Positions 54,601 through 64,000 of a stretch of 64,000 nt of DNA are shown here, piece by piece. A program made the translations under genes and the position numbers. This DNA is from Kudoa neothunni (Eukaryota > Animalia > Cnidaria). A model generated the notes under the pieces. The model did not search any database. It was not told the origin of the DNA and worked only from the letters and a program-made list of their open reading frames with translations. The DNA is taken from positions 9,792,671 to 9,856,670 of the forward strand of contig OZ199839.1 of assembly GCA_964304625.1 (NCBI GenBank), written 5' to 3'. Every line of letters starts with the position of its first letter. The stretch's first letter is position 1.

Positions 54601-56990
54601 AATAAAGTGCGTCTGACTTTATCTGGAACAATTTATGCTGAATCAGATAAAAAATGCCTAATAAGAAAAGAAAAGGAAGGTACAGTTGAATTTGACCAGA
54701 TCAATACATGTGATGGAAGTGATAGTGATCATGGAACTGGGAAATGTCTTCGTGCTTGTTCTGGAAATATCGAATTGGCATTTAATATCTTATCACCCAG
54801 AACAAAATATGTCTATGTGTTTTCGGATAATGATGCTGCCACAATGAAAGAGAAAAATAATGGCGGAGATGTGTTTGGGTTGTCTACACGTATTTTACGT
54901 AGAATTTATATATTAAATTAATTGCGTTTAGCGTTGTTGGTGAATCCAACAGTCACAATATCCTTACACGATTCAATTAAATTGAAACTTGCAATTAAAA
55001 CAAGTCCAAAGGTGAATTGTCCTATTTATTACAAGGGTGTCCAATATGCAGTCGGTACCACTAGTGGTACTTGTGAAACTGATATTAATAATACGGTTGA
55101 TTTTGACGTGTTAATACCTTATTATGAAATGAAATGTGTAAGTTATCCAAGCTTCTTCTACCATATGCCAAATACATACATGAAAAAAAACATTGATATA
55201 TATAAACCACAATACTATGTGACCTATAAAGAGGGTGATGACGCAAAGACAAAATATCTCCTAAAATTTACAAATTCATTTCCATCAGAGATTTGTCTTT
55301 TTAATGTGAAAGATGCAGCGACTAGCGCAGGCACGAATAAATATGAATCATCGTGTGGCGGTGAGGTCGGAAAAAAATGTTATGCACCATGTGATAATGT
55401 TGAATTGGCGCTTGCTACATCCAAGCCGATCGTGAAAATATTAATTCAAACTAGATACCATAAATTTGGAGTGGATGAGACTAGCGATGATGGTTATGAA
55501 GAGAACAAATTTGGTAAGGTTTCAGTCAATTTTAACTAGTTATCATTAGTATTAGCTATTGTTGAGGCTGAAAAAGAAAACACTCTTTTAACAGCACATT
55601 CTTCTACTGGAGTTACAATTAATAGATCCCTGTATAATCCAGGGAATAATAATGTTAAATTCACGAATTGTGCTTTAAAATACTTTCCAGCTGATGTACC
55701 AAGATCCTCCGCGGGAACATCAATCAATTGCTCAGATGTTGCATGTGGAAGCGAATGCACAGCCAGTGCCACTATTGGTGCTTCCATTGCAGGAAAAGCA
55801 CATATAATTGAAATAACTTCTACTACCCCTATAACTAATTATCCTGAATTTAAAGAATATTTGTTTTTCAGAACAAGTAATCAGACTGATATTTCATAGT
55901 ATATAATTATTTTAGCCCCAAAACAAGGTTCAGATTTCGTTACTACCACTCCCACAACAACCGACGTAACAGCTACATTAAAGGCAGTTGACGGTAATGT
56001 GGGTACAGCATCCACCGAGCCTACATGTGCATATTACTTGAGTGAACAAGGAAAAGGAACATTTGTGGAAGCAGAATGTGAAGATAGTAAACCATGCAGA
56101 GGATTTTGTAGGGACATCAAGAAATTGATAAATCTAAATCCCAAAACAAATTATGATATTAAGGTCGTTTCAAATAAAGAGTATGGAATAAAAATATTTG
56201 AAAATGTCTCAACGAGTAAAAATATGACATTGCCATTTCATTTAATTTACGGTTGATAGTTTTTTCAACCCTCACTCTATCCCACAATTTCCTCGATAAA
56301 GGATTTCGAGTTGTTGGAAGATTAATAACTGCATATCCAGAAGCAATATGTCACTATAAACTTAAAGTTAAAAATGGAACCAGTTCAGATGTAGTTCATT
56401 CCTGCCCAACAATTGCCCCTTCTCCTCCACAAGCCAACCCACCCAATACTAATGCTGTTCAATCTTCCACGAATCAAAATTTAGAACAATCTAATTTGAT
56501 CAGTCATATAAATTCTTACAATAATAGAGTAGCAAGAGCGAGTGGCGTAGCTGTTATAACTCCAAATTCATCCGCCACCATTCCAACTACGATTACTCCT
56601 ACTGCGACTAATCAATCTAAGTTTCCACCATGCAATAAACCACCTCTATGCAACAACATAATAATCAGCGAGGGTTACGAGGCTGATAAAGAATACCAAT
56701 TATTGGTTACAGCTGTGGACAGATCGGAAGAAATTACCATCAATATTCCCAAAAGTACAATATTTATTTACCAAATTATAAAAAGTTCTAATATATCACT
56801 CACAAATAGATGCTCTCCCTGAGAATCCTGAGGAAGTAGATAAACAAATCACAGTGATTATCGAAAGAGCTGGCGATACTTTAAAAATCACATCATTGCT
56901 TCCAAAACAAAAAAATGAAAATTCATTGTGTCGATGGATATTGAAAGATATGAACGATCCTTCTTTACCAATAGTGAAAAAATGTGACAC
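48153..56990 (+). repeat. Near-perfect tandem duplication, period 4381 bp
   Basis: ORF pairs 50226/54607, 50541/54922, 51618/55999 and 51872/56253 have identical translations at a constant offset of 4381. The spacers look identical. Confidence 0.92.
50050..53001 (+). CDS. Array copy 7 (type B; hybrid with a copy-8-like 5' part and copy-6-like 3' end)
   Basis: ATGAGAGCAATA at 50050. ORFs match copy 8 up to exon 7, then GTNRCKL...DGV as in copy 6. Stop at 53001. Confidence 0.86.
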
Positions 56991-57376
56991 TGTTGGAAGT
57001 AGTAGGTGTGCACTTCCAACATGTAAATCATTCACAATTGAGGGCGTAAGCGATACCAGTGATTATCATTTAACGGTTATTCACTCCCAAGACCCTACAA
57101 TAAAAGGCGTTGGAAGAATTAAACAAGGTAGTTAACAATAAATTATTATTATTTTAATGATCAATATAGGAGAAACTTCTAATCAATCAAAGTAAAATTG
57201 TAAAATGATAATATTAAATATGATTAATTTTTAGGGCGAGCACGTCAATGTATTTTTTAGTTATTTGAGTATATTTGAATGAGATACCATTTAGGATAAT
57301 TGGAATTATTGTTCCGATTGCTATCGTTGTAGTGGCGGCTGGATTGTACTTTGGTTACAAGAAGAACAAATCATAA
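54431..57376 (+). CDS. Array copy 8 (type-B 5' end; 3' end and downstream flank match copy 2)
   Basis: ATG at 54431. Exon 7 GSSRCAL...EGV and the TM variant PIAIVVVAAG with TAA stop are as in copy 2. Confidence 0.86.
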
Positions 57377-60300
57377 GGATCGATCTAAACATCAGCTTAT
57401 TAGTCATAATAAAACAATATTATTATTTTTAAAGTTTAAATTTTAACATTTTATATAGTTTTTTTATTTTTCAAATACTAAAGTGATATAAAGCCTATGG
57501 CATACTAATAATTTAGTCAAACTTATATTAGATTTATAGTTTTATTCAATCTTGTTCTACGTATTAATTCTTTTACTAAGTCTACTAAATTAAAATAATA
57601 TTTTTGTATGTTTAAAAATTTGCTCCAAATATGTTCAATGTAATAAGTTTTATTTTATTGAAAACTGAGGTTAGCTTATAGGTAGAAATCATAATTTCCG
57701 ACGTTTATTTTAGAAAAGTCGACGTTTAGATAAAAAAGGAATTTATTAGTGCAAATAATCAAAATTTTCCTAAAGAATAGATATATTTTAATATTAACTA
57801 TGTAATATAAAATAAAAATATTATATTGAAAACATTTTTCATCATTCACTTCTGAGATTGATGCATAAATTGGTTTAAAAAATTTTTATTTAGAAAAATT
57901 TGTTTCGATTACGATAATTAATGATGGTATGCACATCAAATCTTGATATTGTACCGACAAAATAATGTATTTTAATTTTTTGAGTATAACTTATTTCTAT
58001 CTATAATGTTACTTCTAGAGTAAAGTTACAATAATTCTTTTTACAATTTGTCTTTTTCATTCGTATCTAGAAAATTCGAGATATCATATGTATTCAATTC
58101 TTCAATATTATTATATCTATTTACATTCGATTTCTTCATAATTTTCTGGGAATTTTCAATTGTGAAACAACGGTATGTTTGATTTTTTATTCTTCCCGAT
58201 ATTTCTAAACTTTAAAATCAACAAATTCTGACATCTTAATTAAAAAAAATCTTTTGGAACAAAAGAAAAATCAACTTCTCATCTTTAAAACTACTTAATA
58301 TGTTAGACTTGTGTATACTATATCAGAGGTGGCCAAACTTGCCCAGAACGGGAGTCAATTATAAGGTTGCCTAAATTTTCATCAGCCACAAAGAATTAAA
58401 ATCATTTATGTAACATTTCCTTATTCAACCCTTTCACGTTCTATTTTTTGGTTTTTCTAAAAAAATATATATTGTTAATTGGATATTTTTTAGTAAAAAT
58501 ATATAATTTTAATTTGAAAAATAATTATATCATGAAGATTTTTTAAATTTTGTTCATGTGCATTTAATTACACATTGGGACTAAATGATAAATAAAAGTT
58601 GAAAATGAATAAAATGTTCAAAGTAACTATTCAAACATTAGATTTAATGAATAATTATTTTAAATTTCAAAATTCATGAAACGTTATTAACAAATAACCC
58701 TAAAACAGCATGTCTCCCATGAACCATCTCCAAATTTTTTTCATTTTTCTTAGTAATAATATATAAATTTATTTATAATGTCAACATAATGTAATTTTTT
58801 ATTTATAAATTTATTTTTTAACGCGTATTGGTTCGGTGTATTTAATTTCACTAAGATTAGAAGAAAAAATGACATAATAATTTGCAAGAAAATAACACAC
58901 AAAATAATAAACGTACGGATTAATTCAACTTAATTAATTTCATTTTTGATGAAATTCGTAGAAACAATTCCTTTCTATAACCCGAAAACAATTCGTTTTG
59001 CATTTAATGCATTTGAATGACGTAATTTTTTGGACAAACTTTGCATCTATTACGTGTGGGCGTGCCTTCGGGGGAAGGCCCAACATTGTCGAATCAGATA
59101 TCATCAGAAAGAGAGGGAACCACAATTTTCTGACTTATTGAATTCTTCAATTCACTTTCTACTGATAATGATGATTTCCCTCGCTTTAACTTTACGTTTG
59201 TTTCCTTTTAAGAAACGTTAAAGACTCGTATTCTGAATAGGTGAAATTCAGTTAACCAAATATTTCGCTCTCTTCTATTTCTCTTTTATAATACCCAAGA
59301 GTCCACCAAAGCTGTATTTATTCCTCAATAAAATATCCTCAAGTTAACATTTTAAACCGTTGTTTGGTTGGTTTTCCATGCACATGTTGCTTTGAACAGC
59401 ACCTACCTTTAAATGATATCATCTGTTCATCTACAGGTAACTTCCTTTCGGGTTGAATCTTTAACCAATTTGATCTTAAATAGTCAAAAAATTGTCTTAT
59501 TTTCAAAAACCTACAAAAAAAGGATTGGATTGTTGAGTGACTATTTCGTCATTGTATTTTAAAATGAAGAAATCAACTCAAATCTACGGCGTATGAACAC
59601 GTTAGCAATTGGCTCAAACTTAAAACATCTTTGCCAATAACAACGATATCTAGGCATCCTTATTATACCCATTAAAATGATAACTCCAATAAACTTTTCT
59701 ATTTCATCACTATCAGTTTTGAAACATGAATTAGATCGGCTGAAATAAAGGTTTTTTTGTTCAACCATCGAATCTATGAAAGATTTATTCATAAATTGGT
59801 TGAAGTAATCGATAGGAATAAAAAGTCCATTTATTTCTTCAAAATATCACTCTGAATTCTCATAATCAACATTATTATTTAATGTTAAAATCTATATAAT
59901 CCAATTATATTTGAAGTTCGAGTTGTATTTTTCTTCGTCGGTAACCTCATTATGGTTTTCTGAGTATTCATCGCATTTTTCAAAAATATCGATATTTTTA
60001 TTTTCTAAACAGATCTCCGGTTCTAAAATATTAGGATCGGGCATATTGACTACTTTTTGTCCTATTTCTCCACTTTTTGCAGATAAATCCGAAATATTGT
60101 AATTCATTTCTTCATCACGTGTGTTCCACGGAATCCCAATGTGCATTTAAATGCACAAGCTCTAATACCCAAATAGCTATTTATTCTTAAAATCTTTTTA
60201 TATATTTTATTATTTGTTATGGAAAATTCAAATTAATTTTTAAAGTTGACGTTGATAATGAACACTGATCAATTCTATGTGTGTAATCTTTCACGTTTGG

Positions 60301-63300
60301 AGCATGCTCTATATATAGATGAAAAACATAATATTTTCTTACATTTTCAAGGAAAATTATTCATACTTTGAAATAGTGATGACAATTAAGTATTGATTAT
60401 GATACATCGAACATATTGTATGAAACAGTAGTTAAGTGTATTAAAAGATTGCGTTTTTCTTATGTGCATTCAAATGCACACTAGACGCGAAAGGGTTAAA
60501 CTTACATTTTTGGGAAGTTTTTGATAAATATTAAGATATATTTATGTAGAAATATAAATAAAGGTCTTTATTTCTTTCTTATTCAGTTACTCGCTGGAAA
60601 ACTTTCATATAATTTTTATAGGTATAATTTATGATGGTTTTTCCAAAAAGGTTTATTAGGTGTTAATAATCCAAGAAACTTTTTATCCATGAAAAATATC
60701 GCAAAAAAAATTAAATTAATTACGTGCGAATTAAATAATAACACAAGAATTTAATGCATTCGAACAAATTATTTTTAGAAATTGTTTCTAATGTTGCAAG
60801 TTTTTTACGCTTCAAAATTATCGGTGTGCTTGCGGTAATCTGCTTCGTAAGCTGTTAGTGCTGGATAAATTAGTTCCTGCAGGTGTTTGTTTGGGAGGGA
60901 GGGAACCGCGATGCTTCGATTTTGGAAACTTCATCATTGAAAAAATGCAGACAACACTAAGTTTTTCCAATGAAAACAAAAAGTGTTTGAGGCAAATTTA
61001 TTTTTATTTTTAATATTTATTTTCTGTAACATATTTCCAAAGATCGCTGGATGAGTTTGAATTATGAATCATCCTAAAAACTTTAATGCGTGTTTTATTC
61101 TTTCGATATCTATCATTTTTGTAATGGATAAACCCTAGTTTTAATTGCATTTCATAATTTAAACTAGTAATAATTCTAGTTTTTATCGAATATTAAAAAT
61201 ATTTGGTAGACTGTAACGATGTTTTCTAATCAAAAATATAATCTAGTTTACGATTAAAGATTTAATTTCTTCACTGGATTACATAGTTTGAATTTTTCAC
61301 TTTCCTGAGTCAACTCACGGGTTGAATAAAAAAAACGTGAACTCACAAAATTTTTTTTCAAGAGTCTCACCATAACGTACAAAAAGCCACAGTTTGTCCA
61401 CCCCTGTACTATATCCTGAATTTATCTAATCATTCAATATGTTTGGATAAACCTATTGAAGAATTGGCCACTATTTTGGTGGATAATTTGTAAGCGAAAG
61501 CAAATTTTTTGGATAAATAAATTATATATTTATCAATTATTACAATAATCGAATAAAACGGCAAATTTGGTACTGATTCATGATGATTTTCCAAATAATT
61601 TCCCATAATAACCTTGGAATACTGTTGGCAACATAACGTGCAGTTGTACAAATTATATCACCTAATATCCAGGACTTAGCATTTCTTTTTCTTATCATAT
61701 ACTATTTTTGAGTTCTATTTCATATTTTATACCATTTTTAGGAATGAGATAAAAAAATCCTTGACGGATCAATTTTTTAATAAAACAGCAGAAAGTTTTA
61801 TACAGAACCGTTATTGTACAAAATTTCGCATCCACTACCTTTTGTTTTGCATAATGGGTTAAATGCGTAAAGCATGTTATAGTTGTAATATTCTTATGAA
61901 TCTTGTTTATTATTTTTTAATATTTTCTTTATGCAACGCGGAGTTCGGAACGATGGAAACAAAATTTTGCCACATAACCCACTTTTTTAAATACTTCTGA
62001 AATGACGTTGGCCATTATGACAGAATTGAGTTCATTCACAATTCATATTATAACATTAAAACATTTATTTCATTAGTGTTCAGATTGTAAAAACAAATCA
62101 ATATGTATATTATTGGTCTGTTTTAAAGTTAAAGCTTTTGTCTATTATAAGGGAAAATGCATATTTGCCATAATTTGATTTTAAAACTTCAAAATTATTA
62201 TCATAAAAAGATGGTAAATATTAGGACAACTAATTGTGTCATTTAGCGATAACCTGCCTGAATATTAATACTTAATTATAACATCACGAAAAGTGTTTCT
62301 GTCGTCAGATGTCAATAGGAAAGACCATCAAAAGCAACAATAGACAATAAGACCATTTTATGATCATTATCCCGTTTATTTCTAAAAAATATTTGAAACG
62401 GGAGAGAAATTTTCAAACGAGGCATTAAGAACAGATATTTTTCGAACAAACGTGTTTCATAACTCTCTTCTTTAAAATGGGAAGCATAAGTTTGCTGAAC
62501 CTGAAAACCAATGTGCCATTTACATTTTCTATATCAGTTCATTCAAGTAGAAAATTTTTGATTTTTCTCCCTCTTCTGCCTATAATGAAGAAATTTAATA
62601 GAAAATGAGAGTTTAAAAAGGAAATAAAATTCTAGGAATAGAAAACTAACGTTTACCGATTATAATCGATAATTACGGTTTCTGAACATAACATTTTCTA
62701 ATTCCTTGTTTTTCACCGCCGCAGGGATTTTTTTAATTTATTATTTTTCTTAATAAATACATGTAATACCTAATATTCCTAGTATCAAAATTTATACTAA
62801 TTTCTAAAAATAATATATAATTTAATTTCTGTCATTACTTTATAATTTTAAAAATAATTTATAGATTATTTTCTAAACTTTTTTTTATAAATAAATTAAT
62901 TGTTAAATATGAATTGATTCTATAAAAAGTTTTCACACAATAAAATTTGTATAAATTCGATGGATTTAATATATTAGACGTTTTTGACTAATGTGTCGTC
63001 CGAAGAAACAAAGATTATTCAACCAAAGTATGGCCGTTACTTATAAAGATGAAAAATATTAATTTTCTCTATTAGTAAAGAAACGACAAAATATAAAATT
63101 TTACTTTGAGAATTTTGATTAAAAAATTAACTTAGATACTGATTTTCTAGCAATGAGATATTGCGAAAGATAATAAGGTTTTTTTTAATTGTCATAAAAT
63201 ATCGGAAAAGTCTAAGTTCATATTTAGGAATTAATATTTTTAAATTTATCTCCAGAAATTATATTAAAAACCTCTTATTTCGATTTATTATTCAAGTTAT

Positions 63301-64000
63301 TAATTTTATTGAGAAGTATATTTTCATCAGATACAAATTCTTATCGGAGACTTCTCAAACTTCACTGATTAGCTCAAATATTTTTCTTTAATTTATAGTT
63401 TTGCATAATAAAATGAGCATATTTAATTTAATGAGTAATCTTTTACATATTGAAATTGAATATATAATTTTCTACATTTAATTATTAACAAAATCAACGT
63501 TTAACTTTAAATGTAATCGGTACTTAAGACTATTAAAATCTACATCATTATAATGGTTATAAAAAGGTAAAATGAGTATATATTGATGTTAGTCACTCCG
63601 AATGATTTACAATATTGGTAGATAAAATATAACAAATAACTTTGGTGGGCATTTTTATTAATGTGAGTCTTCCGAAAGCCGAATTGATAAATTTACAATC
63701 AAAATTTCAAAAAATGGCCAATGTTTCAGAGAGATGATTCGATGAAAATAAAATTTTATGAAGACAGAATTATCCAAGTAGCAAGAGTTCTTACTGACAC
63801 ATTAATATATTTTTTACTGTCAATACAACTCATTCCATACGAAATTTGAAAATTAGTTTCAATTGATTAACTACATTTTTTCCAACATATTTTCTAGAGA
63901 ATAATCAAACGTAAATTAATTTAAAGCCAGCTGCTACACCAAATATTGCGTTGATCTTGTTGATAGAAAATCCAAAGTTTTCTTAGACAAATTACTCTTA
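56500..64000 (+). repeat. Segmental duplicate of about 13510-20992 (offset about 42990)
   Basis: ORF pairs 13864/56854, 15950/58940, 16569/59559 and 20153/63161. The window ends inside the copy-3-type upstream region. Confidence 0.92.
58324..61406. mobile_element. Duplicate of the hAT element with its nested piggyBac (58429-60495)
   Basis: Same TIRs, same TACTATAT TSD and same flanks as 15334-18399, so it was copied by segmental duplication rather than transposition. Confidence 0.9.

Noticed and set aside
1-64000. CRISPR array, diversity-generating retroelement or dedicated recombinase explaining the variability
   Set aside because: I saw no short repeat-spacer array, reverse transcriptase, adenine-specific template/variable repeat pair or intact recombinase. 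All transposases are broken.
1-64000. Assigning the organism (e.g. an orthonectid or other compact-genome invertebrate parasite)
   Set aside because: AT richness, tiny introns and the TE families are compatible, but there is no marker gene in the window.

Overview
This is AT-rich eukaryotic (most likely animal) genomic DNA, not prokaryotic. The ORF track is fragmented because the genes have many short GT-AG introns of about 35-55 nt. The window holds a head-to-tail array of eight apparently intact paralogues of one 10-exon gene, and a ninth probably starts just past the window end. Manual splicing of copy 1 gives an 855-aa type I membrane protein: signal peptide, about seven Cys-containing FN3-like modules mostly encoded one per symmetric phase-1 exon, a mucin-like insert with a conserved RVAR motif, two micro-exons, one TM helix and a tiny YKKNKS tail. 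Membrane-distal loops are hypervariable, membrane-proximal parts are nearly invariant, and the paralogues are patchwork mosaics of one another. This suggests a recombination-diversified variant surface antigen or receptor system; I do not recognise the family. Spacers contain nested, decayed transposons (piggyBac, hAT-Charlie, Tigger/pogo, Merlin/ISXO2, a polyA retro-insertion) and tRNA-Lys-like relics. There is also a fresh 4381-bp tandem duplication and a ~43-kb higher-order repeat. All alignments were done by eye.
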